64,000 nt of DNA from an uncultured delta proteobacterium (GCA_963736855.1 CAVTQK010000015.1:64001-128000); one strand, 5' to 3'. Shown: positions 49,153 through 59,280, numbered from the stretch's first letter. The notes: generated from the sequence alone by a model not told the origin. Made by a program: numbers and translations.

Positions 49153-50340
49153 GATAAGAAGTTGCTTTTTTGCGGACTTATTAAACGTGAGGACGAATTG
49201 TGTTTTAGCGGCATCTGCACCCCAAGATATGGGAACGCGCATTGGTCATGGCGTATGGGTTTTCAATTATCCAAAGTTGGCTGGGCTGTCAATCGCAATG
49301 TTATCGGCAGAAGGCCATTATTTTGGTCGATTTGGACATAGGTCAGCGGGTCAGCGTCGACCGGCTTTTTAGAAGTAAGCATCCATGGGATAGATCGGGT
49401 CGGCGACGTAATCCTCGGCGGAAGGCTGGAAGGTATCGTCGTATGTCGGTGATTCAATCCTCGGCGGGGCATGGGCGATAGGTCTTGGCGGTTTTTAAAT
49501 GCGATCACTCGCATTTTTCCCTGGCATTTTGGGCAGGTCAGGGGGTCAACTTCATACACTTTCTGGATCAGTCGAGACCAGTTTTTCCGGAACTGAGCAT
49601 CGGTCAGCCTCCGGTTGGAGCAGGCAGGGGATGATTTCAGGCATCCCTGATTTTTTGCGCCAACCGCGGGATGCGTTGCTGTAGTATCCATAGTAACGCA
49701 CCATCTGCTCCCCTTTGTTCGGAACATGGCTGGTCATGGCAGCCAGCCACTCCAGAGCGTCAAACACGCGGGTGGCACGGCTGTCTTTGGATTGATAGAT
49801 CACAGACCCGGCTTCCGGAACGTAGGTCATCCGTTCCTGGGAGAAGGATGCCCGAATAATATATCGGGCCAGGTTTTCCATGGACGTCTTTTTCCATGGA
49901 AGGATCCTTTGGCCGCAATAGACGTTGAACCCGGTATGACGCCATTGATCCAGGAGGGCAATCATGTCTTTTGTGATCTTGCCTTTTTCCAAAAGCATTT
50001 TGAGCATATAATGTCTGAAGAGGCGTCCCAGGATCCGGCAGTCGATGCCGGGCGACACAGTGAGCATGCCGCAATCCAGATATCGATAGATCACTTCTTT
50101 GATATACGGGCGAAAAAAGCCATATCGCTGTTCAAATCGATCTTCATAGATGCCTTCGAAGCCGAACCTCGAAATGGTTCAGCCTCCACGCATTGGTAAC
50201 ATGGAGAATTCTGAGGTCTTCGCGAGATCGGTAAACGGCTTCGGACACGGATATGGGCCGGTGCGGCCCGGCTCGATGATCGGCGGTATTCCGAAATTTG
50301 GCAAGCACGGACAAAAATTGTCTGTCCATGGGCGACCTCC
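49153..50340 (-). mobile_element. Decayed IS91-family (rolling-circle, Y2) transposase remnant
   Basis: Fragments WRHTGFNV, LARYIIR, HVPNKGEQMVRYYGYYSN and, in another frame, WSRLIQKVYEVDPLTCPKC. Most of the N-terminus is missing; boundaries approximate. Confidence 0.8.
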
Positions 50341-50432
50341 GGATATAATGGTGCCTGCGGTTGACGGTCAAAAGGTACGGGATGGATCTTCAGAAAAGGG
50401 TGGGATCAAAGAGTCTGAACGGATCCCCGAGG

Positions 50433-51128
50433 TCATCGGATGATGCAGGATTGTACATTCGGGGCGGCGATCGCCAACAGACGGCCCATGCCCTCCTGAT
50501 CGAATCCCGGGGTTGTGTCTTTGAAGAATTCGGGGGTTAAAAGATGGTCGGGCTGAAAATGCTGGAGAGCATAAAGCCTTGCCCCTTCAATGATCTGAGA
50601 GATTCGCTTCATGGTCGGTTCGTCAACAAACGGTTTTACACAGGTGGTCCTGAATTCATAGGAGATGGAGGACCCCATAATCAGGCGAATACTTTCAAGG
50701 AGGTCATGGGCCGGATCATTGTACGAAATTGCAGGGGCATAATGGTGCGGATCGGTCTTGATGTCCATGGCGATATAATCCGCAAGCCCGGCCTCCAGGA
50801 TCGTTTTCAGGACTTGGGGTTGACTGCCGTTGGTATCGAGTTTCACCGAAAAACCGAGGGTCTTGATCTGTCGGCACACCTGGGTAAGATCCTTTTGAAG
50901 GGTCGGCTCTCCCCCGGAGAGAACCACGCCGTCGAGCAAGCCTTTCCGCTTTTTAAGAAACGCGTACAGGTCTTCTTCTTCAAAGAGGCCCTGAACCGGT
51001 TTTTCCTTGACCAGATCCGGGTTGTGACAATACGGGCAATGAAAGTTACACCCCAATGTAAACACGACGCAGCTCACCTGGCCGGGGTAATCGATGAGGG
51101 AGGTATTTTGAATGCCGCCGAAACGCAT
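50433..51128 (-). CDS. nrdG: Anaerobic ribonucleotide reductase activating protein
   Basis: GCNFHCPYCHN, SGGEPT; adjacent to nrdD. Confidence 0.93.
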   Translation of the reverse strand: MRFGGIQNTSLIDYPGQVSCVVFTLGCNFHCPYCHNPDLVKEKPVQGLFEEEDLYAFLKKRKGLLDGVVLSGGEPTLQKDLTQVCRQIKTLGFSVKLDTNGSQPQVLKTILEAGLADYIAMDIKTDPHHYAPAISYNDPAHDLLESIRLIMGSSISYEFRTTCVKPFVDEPTMKRISQIIEGARLYALQHFQPDHLLTPEFFKDTTPGFDQEGMGRLLAIAAPNVQSCIIR

Positions 51129-51147
51129 CGGCCGATTTTAAGCTTTC

Positions 51148-53238
51148 TCAGGCCACCTTAAATGTCTGGCGCATGTGGTACTCGGCCTGCTTCCCTTCGT
51201 TCCACTGCTTGATGGGCCTTAAGTATCCCACCACTCTGGAATAAATCTCAGTTTCCTGGCTGCAGGCGTGGCAGTGGGGATGTTCCCCGGAGAGATACCC
51301 ATGAGAGGGACACACGGAAAAAGTCGGTGTCAAGGTAAAATAGGGAAGCCGGTAGTTGGTAGCGATCTTCTTAACGAGTCTTTTGACGGCGCCGGTATTG
51401 GAAATTTGTTCCCCTAAAAAGATGTGCAGGACCGTTCCTCCGGTATACTTGGTTTGAAGCGGATCCTGCAGCGTCAGGGTTTCAAAGACGTCGTCCGTGA
51501 AATTGACCGGAAGGTGTGTGGAGTTGGTGTAGTAAGGGGCGGCACCGCCTTGTAACTCTTTTTCATTGGCGCACACAATGTCGGGAGATCGCTTTTTATC
51601 GATCATGGCCAGCCGGTAAGAGGTCCCTTCGGCAGGGGTTGCTTCTACATTGAAGATGTCGCCGGTTTCTTCCTGGACCTGGACGATACGATCCCGAATG
51701 AAGTCGAGAGTCTCAAGGGCAAAGGCCTGGCCTTCCCGGCCGGCGATGTTTTGCCCCAAAAGGTTCAGACACGCCTCGTTCATCCCGATGATGCCGATGG
51801 TGGAGAAATGATTTTTCCAGAACATACCGGCATGTCGCTTGATTTCTCTTAGATAGAACCTGGAGTAAGGGTAGAGATTTTCCTCGGTGAATTTTTCAAG
51901 CACCTTGCGCTTGATGGTGAGGCTTTCCACCGCAAGGCCGATAAGCTTGTTGAGCCTGTCCCAGAATTCACTTTTATCCGTGGACAAATATCCGAGGCGC
52001 GGCAGGTTGAGGGTTACTACGCCGATGGAACCAGTGAGTGGATTGGCTCCAAAAAGGCCTCCCCCTCTTTTCAGGAGTTCCCGGTTGTCCAATCGAAGTC
52101 GACAGCACATGGATCGGGCATCTTCCGGGGACATATCCGAGTTTACGAAATTGGAGAAATAGGGGATGCCGTATTTTCCGGTCATCTTCCAGATGGTTTC
52201 CAGGCTGGGGTTTTCCCAGTCGAAATCCTTGGTGATGTTGTAGGTGGGGATGGGGAACGTGAAAACCCTCCCTTTGGCGTCTCCTTCCATCATGATCTCG
52301 GCAAAGGCCCGGTTGATCAGGTCCATTTCAGGCTGGAATTCGGAATAAGTCTCGGCGCGAAACCGGCCCCCAATAATGACCGGATGATCCTTGAGGGTAA
52401 TGGGAACATGAAGATCAAGGGTGATGTTGGTGAAAGGCGTCTGGAATCCGACACGGGTGGGGATGTTGATGTTGAACACAAACTCCTGAATGGCCTGCTT
52501 GATTTCTTTGTACCCCAGATGATCGTAACGGACGAAGGGAGCCAAAAGGGTGTCGAAGTTGGAGATAGCCTGGGCGCCCGCAGCTTCTCCCTGAAGGGTA
52601 TAAAAAAAATTGACGATCTGACCCAGGGCCGATCGAAGATGCTTCGGCGCAGCGCTTTCCACCTTTCCTTCAACCCCCTTGAAGCCCTGGATGAGGAGGT
52701 CTTTGAGATCCCATCCGACACAGTAAACCGACAGCAGGCTCAGATCGTGAATGTGAAAATCTCCATTTGAATGGGCGGCTCGGATGTTGGGCGGATAGAT
52801 CTTGTTGAGCCAGTAATCGGAGGTGATGTCGGAGGAAATGTAATTGTTCAGACCCTGCAGGGAATAGCTCATGTTGCTGTTTTCTTTGATCTTCCAATCC
52901 TGCCTCTGGATGTAATGGTCGACCAGATCCACATTGGCCCGGGTGGCCATGCGTCGGATCTGGGCGTGCTGCTCCCGGTAGATGATATAGGCCTTGGCGG
53001 TTTTGAGGTAGGGGGAATCCAGGAGGACTCTTTCGACGATATCCTGGATTTCTTCCACTTCGGGCATAGGCCCCAGACGAAGCTCATGGGCCAGGGTGAG
53101 TACACGGAGGGTCAATTTTTTGGCTTCACGCTCACCGAATTCTCCGGTGGCGTTGCCGGCTTTGGCAATGGCGGAGGTGATCTTTTGAGCGTCAAATTCC
53201 GCAATCCGACCGTCTCGTTTCTTGATCTGTTCGAACAC
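51148..53238 (-). CDS. nrdD: Class III anaerobic ribonucleoside-triphosphate reductase with ATP cone
   Basis: IKKRDG, HIHDL, SMCCRL, EATPAEG, YSRVVGYLRP glycyl-radical loop. Confidence 0.95.
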   Translation of the reverse strand: MFEQIKKRDGRIAEFDAQKITSAIAKAGNATGEFGEREAKKLTLRVLTLAHELRLGPMPEVEEIQDIVERVLLDSPYLKTAKAYIIYREQHAQIRRMATRANVDLVDHYIQRQDWKIKENSNMSYSLQGLNNYISSDITSDYWLNKIYPPNIRAAHSNGDFHIHDLSLLSVYCVGWDLKDLLIQGFKGVEGKVESAAPKHLRSALGQIVNFFYTLQGEAAGAQAISNFDTLLAPFVRYDHLGYKEIKQAIQEFVFNINIPTRVGFQTPFTNITLDLHVPITLKDHPVIIGGRFRAETYSEFQPEMDLINRAFAEIMMEGDAKGRVFTFPIPTYNITKDFDWENPSLETIWKMTGKYGIPYFSNFVNSDMSPEDARSMCCRLRLDNRELLKRGGGLFGANPLTGSIGVVTLNLPRLGYLSTDKSEFWDRLNKLIGLAVESLTIKRKVLEKFTEENLYPYSRFYLREIKRHAGMFWKNHFSTIGIIGMNEACLNLLGQNIAGREGQAFALETLDFIRDRIVQVQEETGDIFNVEATPAEGTSYRLAMIDKKRSPDIVCANEKELQGGAAPYYTNSTHLPVNFTDDVFETLTLQDPLQTKYTGGTVLHIFLGEQISNTGAVKRLVKKIATNYRLPYFTLTPTFSVCPSHGYLSGEHPHCHACSQETEIYSRVVGYLRPIKQWNEGKQAEYHMRQTFKVA

Positions 53239-53420
53239 CTGGCACCTCTCTAATTGATATCAGCGATAAAAAACAATTTTAGCAAATTAGGTGCTGTTTC
53301 CGGGTTTTGTTTTTTGGGTTTTAAACTTGAAGTGAAAATCAGGCGGCGCCGGGAAAAAACGGAAATGTCGCCTTCAGGATCCGGCGTCGTCGCGCCATTC
53401 CGTCATGAGATTGCCGAATA

Positions 53421-53466
53421 GCACAACATGTTGAGCTCTGTCAAATGAAATTTCAACATATTGGGT
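53421..53466. promoter_or_regulatory. Tandem NrdR boxes
   Basis: gcaCAACATGTTGagc (53421-53436) and tttCAACATATTGggt (53451-53466) fit acaCwAtATaTwGtgt and lie upstream of nrdD. Confidence 0.75.
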
Positions 53467-53522
53467 TTTACGGCACAAACTCCATAAAATTTTGGGGCGC
53501 TTGGGAGAGTTTTCATTTTTTT

Positions 53523-54428
53523 CTAAGGGGTTATCCAAAGATAATCCGCAAACGACAGTTCAGCGCGAGAGGTGACGGCGACCGGATAGATGGTTTTAAA
53601 GGAAAGGCCTGTTCTTTTAAAGACCCGCTCCGGGATACCGAATTTTTTGACGATGTGCCCGTTTCCCGCTAGAACAACCATCGGATGACCGTTTAGGTTT
53701 GAGGCGATCCGCTCGGCCATGGCATCTTCCCAGGCACATTGTGCCAGATAGAAATGTTCGAAGTTTTCTCTTCCCGGGATGCGATGGCTTTTAAAAATAC
53801 TTTCGACATACACCCTGTGGTCTGCATTGGATGTATCGATTTTTTGGGGCAGGTGGCGTTTTTCCTCGGCATTCAGGCTTTCGATGCCGCCGATGGCAAT
53901 CTTTGCCGGCAGGTGAAACGGAAGATTCAGGCCGAAAAGGGGAATTCGGTTGTTTTGGATGAAAAGCAGAATATCCCGATAAAGGTTAAAGTCGTACCTC
54001 CAGTTGGCGTACCAGTGGGTTTTTTCGAGAAACGCTTTCTCATCAAGGTTGCCGTCAGACCACGAATCCAGGACCTTTTGGTAGGAATGGTCGAACATCT
54101 CCATGCCCACTCGCAGTCCGGGAACCCGATGAAACAGGGCCTGAATCGTTTTCAGCTGAACTGCGTGGTGCGAGGCGTCCGTGTGAGACTCTCCGATAAA
54201 GACGATCTGTACCTGGGACAGATCCTGAAGCATCGCTTCAAAATCGGTCGGCTGACCGGTTTGACCGGACAGGATGGTCCCTGCCGGATACATCTGATTA
54301 AGATCCTGGATAAGAAGTCCTTTGGTCATCAGCGTGCACCCTAAGAGTATTGAAATAAGGATAAAAGAAAGGATTAGAAAAGACAACCGGCCTTTTCCCC
54401 GCCGTTGTGCTTCCTGGTTGATAATCAT
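53523..54428 (-). CDS. ChaN family (heme-uptake-like) lipoprotein
   Basis: Lipobox LLGC, VFIGESH, GMEMF, AQCAWEDAMA, LAGNGH. Confidence 0.85.
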   Translation of the reverse strand: MIINQEAQRRGKGRLSFLILSFILISILLGCTLMTKGLLIQDLNQMYPAGTILSGQTGQPTDFEAMLQDLSQVQIVFIGESHTDASHHAVQLKTIQALFHRVPGLRVGMEMFDHSYQKVLDSWSDGNLDEKAFLEKTHWYANWRYDFNLYRDILLFIQNNRIPLFGLNLPFHLPAKIAIGGIESLNAEEKRHLPQKIDTSNADHRVYVESIFKSHRIPGRENFEHFYLAQCAWEDAMAERIASNLNGHPMVVLAGNGHIVKKFGIPERVFKRTGLSFKTIYPVAVTSRAELSFADYLWITP

Positions 54429-54475
54429 TCGAGTCAGGATCCCTTGATTTTATATTGAATTCCCCGTAAGGAATT

Positions 54476-54669
54476 TTGATGAAATCGTAAAAAGACCGAT
54501 TTTTCTCGCGCCGCAAGTCTTTTCGGAAGATCCAAAGGGTTTCGCTAACTCTCAAGAACTCGGCACAAGTGTCTCAAACAGCTTGAGATTTTTAACGCTC
54601 AACCCTTTGCCTCTCTTTTTCCGAAAAGACTTGAATGGCGCTCACAAAACCTTTTTACGAAGCCATCAA
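54476..54669. repeat. MITE-like element, type B core (194 bp, nested inverted repeats)
   Basis: TTGATGAAATCGTAAAAAG...CTTTTTACGAAGCCATCAA, with internal CAAGTCTTTTCGGAA/TTCCGAAAAGACTTG. Confidence 0.8.
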
Positions 54670-54671
54670 TT

Positions 54672-54828
54672 TTATTAAAATCGTAAAAACTCAAAATTGG
54701 GATGACAAAGTAAAAAGTTTCATATGCAAGGCGCGCAAATCCTGAGGAATGAGGCGTACATATGGGTACACCGCAATGACGAAGAATGCAGTGCAACGCA
54801 GCAGATGGACTTTTTACGAAGTCAGCAA
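54672..54828 (-). repeat. MITE-like element, type A copy
   Basis: Reverse complement of 14086-14242 with scattered substitutions. Confidence 0.9.
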
Positions 54829-54890
54829 TTTTTAATATCCTAGGTTTCAACAGGAGGCCCGTGACTTAAAGTCGCGGAGTTTGACTGCCC

Positions 54891-55148
54891 ATGGGTCTGG
54901 AAAAAAGCCCGGTTTTTAGGCGCGCCATCATTCCCTGGTACGACGTGACACCCGTGTGTCTGGTTCTCATCGGGGTCATGGCGGCCGTTTTTCTTTTCGC
55001 CCTTGCCGGCATCGCGGTTTCTTATGAAGATGGAATTGCAAAGACTGTCATCTGGGTCCCGGTTTTACTCTCGGTTCTGAGCGCGGTGGTCATGGGATCG
55101 ATTTCAATCCGTCTTTTTCGCCGGCACCTTAGGCGCCTTACCGAATGA
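54891..55148 (+). CDS. Small two-TM membrane protein
   Basis: FRRAIIPWYD followed by two hydrophobic helices. Confidence 0.7.
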   Translation: MGLEKSPVFRRAIIPWYDVTPVCLVLIGVMAAVFLFALAGIAVSYEDGIAKTVIWVPVLLSVLSAVVMGSISIRLFRRHLRRLTE

Positions 55149-55775
55149 TCCTTTTTTCACTCCCGCCGCGGAATAGATCTCTGTAACAAAAACCGAATAA
55201 AGCTGTTCGAGCAAAAAATGAAGGATCTTTCCGGTCACCCCCCAAATCTGCACGTCCTCGACAGGATAGCTCAGCTCGAGGACCCCTGGCAGGCGGCCGT
55301 GATATCCACGCGCCACGTGGATCTGAAGAAGGGTGGAAATGGGGAGTTTAAGAATCCGTGATATTTCGGCCTTGTCGAAGCGCAAGCTCCCCCGGCCGTT
55401 CCAGACGCCGGCAAATACCTCAATGTCTTTGTTGTTGATGGTCTGAAAATGTCCCAGCGGTCCGATATAGCGGACATCCTTCCGTGTTATTTGGAGTTCT
55501 TCTTCCAACTCCCGAAATGCTGCATCCAGGGCTGTGTCATCCCTTTCATCCACATGCCCGCCCGGGAGAGCCACCTGATTGCGCCAGGGATATCCCTCGG
55601 TGTCGGATTTAAGGACCGCCAGGAGGTGGGGATTCAGGATGTCAAAGAGGAGCAAGAACACGGCCGTGGCGTCTAAGCAGCGTTTCTCAGGCTGATTCAT
55701 GGGCCTGATTTCCCGGATGATCCTCTCTATCGCAGGGAGATCCAAGGATGTTTTTCCCGTTTTCATGTTCCCCAT
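55104..55775 (-). CDS. Nudix hydrolase (CoA pyrophosphatase-like)
   Basis: QVALPGG...AAFRELEEEL, IWGVTG. Confidence 0.88.
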   Translation of the reverse strand: MGNMKTGKTSLDLPAIERIIREIRPMNQPEKRCLDATAVFLLLFDILNPHLLAVLKSDTEGYPWRNQVALPGGHVDERDDTALDAAFRELEEELQITRKDVRYIGPLGHFQTINNKDIEVFAGVWNGRGSLRFDKAEISRILKLPISTLLQIHVARGYHGRLPGVLELSYPVEDVQIWGVTGKILHFLLEQLYSVFVTEIYSAAGVKKGSFGKAPKVPAKKTD

Positions 55776-55784
55776 TTTGTCGCG

Positions 55785-56267
55785 TCAATTTTTCTTTAAA
55801 AACATCTTTAAGGTCATGGTCTTATAGCTGTCGGTATGGATATATTTCAGTGTAGAGACAAGATCCTTGGCGGAGATGTATCCCGGTTGGTTCCCGATTT
55901 GATTCCCGGTTTCGGTCATGAAAAATGAGACGGGAAGCCCGCGTATGCCAAACTGGGATGCTACCTTCGGCTCCCGGTCGTAATCGACCTTGATGCTGAC
56001 GAAAGAATTATTCAGGTAATCGATGACGTCGGGGTTCATGAAGGTCTCTTTAGCCATTTTGGTGCAGTAGGAACACCATTCGGCCCAGAAATATACAAAG
56101 ACCTTTTTGTTTTCCTTTTTACTTAAAGCCATCCCTTCCGGATAGGTATGCCAGCGCACTTTGGAGACGGCTTCCGGACCGGCAGAAGAAGCCCGGGTGA
56201 GGAAAAAGGGGATTAATAAAAGGAGAATAAAGTAGATCCACCGGGATTTTATTTTCATGATGATCAC
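55785..56267 (-). CDS. Exported thioredoxin-fold protein
   Basis: Signal peptide, WCSYC, cis-Pro loop GLP. Confidence 0.88.
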   Translation of the reverse strand: MIIMKIKSRWIYFILLLLIPFFLTRASSAGPEAVSKVRWHTYPEGMALSKKENKKVFVYFWAEWCSYCTKMAKETFMNPDVIDYLNNSFVSIKVDYDREPKVASQFGIRGLPVSFFMTETGNQIGNQPGYISAKDLVSTLKYIHTDSYKTMTLKMFLKKN

Positions 56268-56965
56268 CTCGAAAAATTTAGGAGACCCAGTTTATCGGTT
56301 ATCAGCAAGAGCCCCATTCCGATCAAGAGAATTCCTGCAACAGCGTTAGCATATCGGATTGTCTTTTGTGTTTTTCGGACTATGGCCAAGAAAAAATGGA
56401 TGAAAACGGAAAGGATCAAAAAGGGGATGGCCAGTCCGGCCGCATAGGCGGCCAGAAGAAGCGTCCCTTCCAATACCGTTTCCTGGTTTCCGGCAAGGAT
56501 CAGGATGGAACCGAGCAAAGGACCGATACATGGGCTCCACCCGGCTCCGAAAGCCATTCCGATCGCCAGCGTTCCAAAGGCATGGCCAGGCTTGGTCCTG
56601 AGGTGGACACGCTTTTCGAAATCAAGGGCCTTAATACGAAAAATCCCGCTGAGGTGGATCCCGAAAAGGAGAATCATGAAACCTCCTATGACCCGGACAA
56701 GATTCTTGTATTCAAAAAGAACGCCCCCCAGGTAAGAAGCCGACGCCCCCATAAGGATGAAGACCAGGGAAAAACCTGCAACAAAAGAGAGTGTGGCCGC
56801 CAGGACCCGATGACGGATGGCGAGATTGTTATTCGTGAGCTGTTCCAGGGACAACCCGGTGATGAACGTGAAATAGGCCGGCACCAAAGGCAGAATACAA
56901 GGAGAAATAAATGATAAAAAACCTGCCAGAAAGGCGGCGGGATATGAAACCGCTTCCGTCAGCAT
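56264..56965 (-). CDS. ccdA: Cytochrome c biogenesis protein CcdA
   Basis: SFISPCILPLVP and GWSPCIGP. Confidence 0.93.
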   Translation of the reverse strand: MLTEAVSYPAAFLAGFLSFISPCILPLVPAYFTFITGLSLEQLTNNNLAIRHRVLAATLSFVAGFSLVFILMGASASYLGGVLFEYKNLVRVIGGFMILLFGIHLSGIFRIKALDFEKRVHLRTKPGHAFGTLAIGMAFGAGWSPCIGPLLGSILILAGNQETVLEGTLLLAAYAAGLAIPFLILSVFIHFFLAIVRKTQKTIRYANAVAGILLIGMGLLLITDKLGLLNFSR

Positions 56966-57151
56966 GGAAAAGGATCTCCTAAAGGAATTGTCACCGTAAC
57001 CGATAGGTTTGATCCGGTTTCTGCTTCAAAAAAGAGGAGCTGCCTTTCAGGCAACGACAACTTGCAGAATTCGGAATGGAAAAGCTCCTTATAGTCTAAA
57101 TTGGGAGGAGTATTTTTGCTCAATATAAATACCCTATTAATTTTGTCAATT

Positions 57152-57308
57152 TTGATGAAATCGTAAAAACTCAAAATTAGGATGGCAAAGTAAAAAGCTT
57201 CATATGCAAGGCGCGCAAATCCTGAGGAATGACGCGTACATATGGGTACGCCGCAATGACGAAGGATACAGTGCAACGCAGCAGATGGACTTTTTACGAA
57301 GCCATCAA
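57152..57308 (-). repeat. MITE-like element, type A copy
   Basis: Reverse complement of 14086-14242, same 157-bp length. Confidence 0.9.
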
Positions 57309-57399
57309 TTTTATCGCTTGAGTGTTCCATACCCTACAGGATGCCTCGTTTGGTCAGGAAATCGGAAGCAGCCATGGGGTGTTTCTCGCCGGGGAGGAT

Positions 57400-58275
57400 T
57401 CAACGGCTGATGTCTTTGGAGCGTTCGGTTGCTGCGACGACCGCTTCGATGATCAGATGGCCGACACCGCCTCTTTCCATGACGCCAAGGGCCGCCTCAG
57501 TGGTACCGCCCGGAGAAGTGACTTTCCGGCGGAGCATCCCGGGAGATTCACCCCGCTCTTCAAGGAGGGATAGAGCACCCCGGAAGGTTTCCAATGTCAG
57601 CACCGCAGAGGCTTCCTTGCTGAGACCGACTCGAACACCGGCTTCGATCAACGCCTCGATGAAATAAAAGACATAGGCGGGTCCTGACCCTGAGAGGGCG
57701 GTCACCGCGTCCAGATCATTTTCGGAAAATTCCAGGACGCACCCGATGGCGGAAAGGATTTTTCGGGTTGTTCGGATATCTTGCCGCGTGGCATAGCGGT
57801 TCGGGCTCATACCGCTTACACCCTTGAGGACCTGGGCGGGGGTGTTGGGCATGACCCGGATAATAGGGAGCCGCTTTTTCCGGGCCTCGGAGAGTGGCGG
57901 ATACAGCAGAGCCTCGATTTTTTTAAGGGGAGTCCCTGCGGCGATGGAAATGAGCAGCTTCTTTTTTTGCGCCCTCCGATCGCTTGATCCGGCGAGTTCG
58001 GAAAGGACCGGATGCATCTGTTGGGGCTTGACCGCGAGGATGACCGCATCGCAGGACGAAAAGACCTGCAGGTTGTCCGTCGTCGTTTCGACGCCAAAAA
58101 TCCGGCGGAGGGTCTTCAGGCGGCCTGTATCCTTGTCCGAGACAAGGATCGACTGAGGATCGATGGTTTTCGACCGGATCAAGGCACCGATAAAGGCCTC
58201 TCCCATGTTACCCCCGCCGATGAATCCGATGCGTTGAATGCCTCTGAGTGTATCGGAAGTCATGTGTGCCATCAC
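57400..58275 (-). CDS. proC: Pyrroline-5-carboxylate reductase
   Basis: FIGGGNMG, LAVKPQ, RVMPNTP, SGSGPAY, VTSPGGTT. Confidence 0.96.
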   Translation of the reverse strand: MMAHMTSDTLRGIQRIGFIGGGNMGEAFIGALIRSKTIDPQSILVSDKDTGRLKTLRRIFGVETTTDNLQVFSSCDAVILAVKPQQMHPVLSELAGSSDRRAQKKKLLISIAAGTPLKKIEALLYPPLSEARKKRLPIIRVMPNTPAQVLKGVSGMSPNRYATRQDIRTTRKILSAIGCVLEFSENDLDAVTALSGSGPAYVFYFIEALIEAGVRVGLSKEASAVLTLETFRGALSLLEERGESPGMLRRKVTSPGGTTEAALGVMERGGVGHLIIEAVVAATERSKDISR

Positions 58276-58410
58276 TTCGCTAAAGGATTTTTGCTTATTC
58301 TATGAAGTCTTTTACGATAGCGCCGCCGGTCATGTCAACGATGGAACCCATATAGAACATGAAACATCTTGACTTATTCCTCACAATTTATTTAAAAGAC
58401 AGGACAAAGG

Positions 58411-58719
58411 ATGGACCAGATGTATTTTTTGGGTTACCTGCTGATGGGAGTCGCCAAGGTCATTGATGTTGTGCTCCTTTTGTTCATGTGGATCGTCATT
58501 GCACGGGCCATATTGTCCTGGGTCAATCCGGATCCTTTCAATCCCATTGTTCGTTTTATTCACAATGTGACCGAACCGGTGTTGTCTCCGATCCGGGCAA
58601 AGCTTCCGGTCAATTTCGGCGGTTTGGACCTGTCCCCCATCGTGGTGTTTCTGGCTATCATATTTCTTAGGACTTTTCTTGTCAGCAGCCTTGATCGGCT
58701 GTCGGCAAGCCTGTTGTGA
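58411..58719 (+). CDS. yggT: YggT family membrane protein
   Basis: ILSWVNPDPFNP, TEPVL, GLDLSP. Confidence 0.92.
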   Translation: MDQMYFLGYLLMGVAKVIDVVLLLFMWIVIARAILSWVNPDPFNPIVRFIHNVTEPVLSPIRAKLPVNFGGLDLSPIVVFLAIIFLRTFLVSSLDRLSASLL

Positions 58720-58749
58720 ACCCAAACGGTTGACGGGAAGGAAGCCTTT

Positions 58750-59280
58750 ATGGAAATCACTTCTGCCGATATTCAGAAAAAACAGTTTCGAGTCAGGTTC
58801 AGAGGCTTTGACATCCGGGAAGTGGATGCGTTTCTGGAAGAGATGGCCCATACTTTTCGAGCCCAAATCGATTTGATTAGAAACTTAAAGAAAGAGATGG
58901 AAATTCTCAGGCAGGAAAGCGCTCGGCAAAAGGAGCGGGAAAAAACCTTCGAGCGGGCCTTGGCCGCCTCTCAGAGAGTACTGGACCAGATGAAAGAAAA
59001 TGCCCGGAAATCCGCTGAAGTCGTCATTGCCGATGCGGAAGTCAAGGCTGAAAAAATGCTCAATCGGGCCCATAACCGGTTGGCCCAGCTTCATGAGGAT
59101 ATCGCTGAACTGAAACGGCAGCGCATGCAGATCGAGGTTCAGATCCGTTCCGTGCTGGAGGCCCACACCAAGCTTTTGGAAATGGGACGGGAGAGCGTGC
59201 AGGCCATGGATGAGGAAGACGGTAAGTTAAGGGTGCTCAAACACCTCCGGCCGGCCAAGGAATCCCTATCCATCCCCTGA
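58750..59280 (+). CDS. DivIVA domain protein
   Basis: ITSADIQKKQF...FRGFDIREVDAFL plus coiled coil. Confidence 0.92.
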   Translation: MEITSADIQKKQFRVRFRGFDIREVDAFLEEMAHTFRAQIDLIRNLKKEMEILRQESARQKEREKTFERALAASQRVLDQMKENARKSAEVVIADAEVKAEKMLNRAHNRLAQLHEDIAELKRQRMQIEVQIRSVLEAHTKLLEMGRESVQAMDEEDGKLRVLKHLRPAKESLSIP

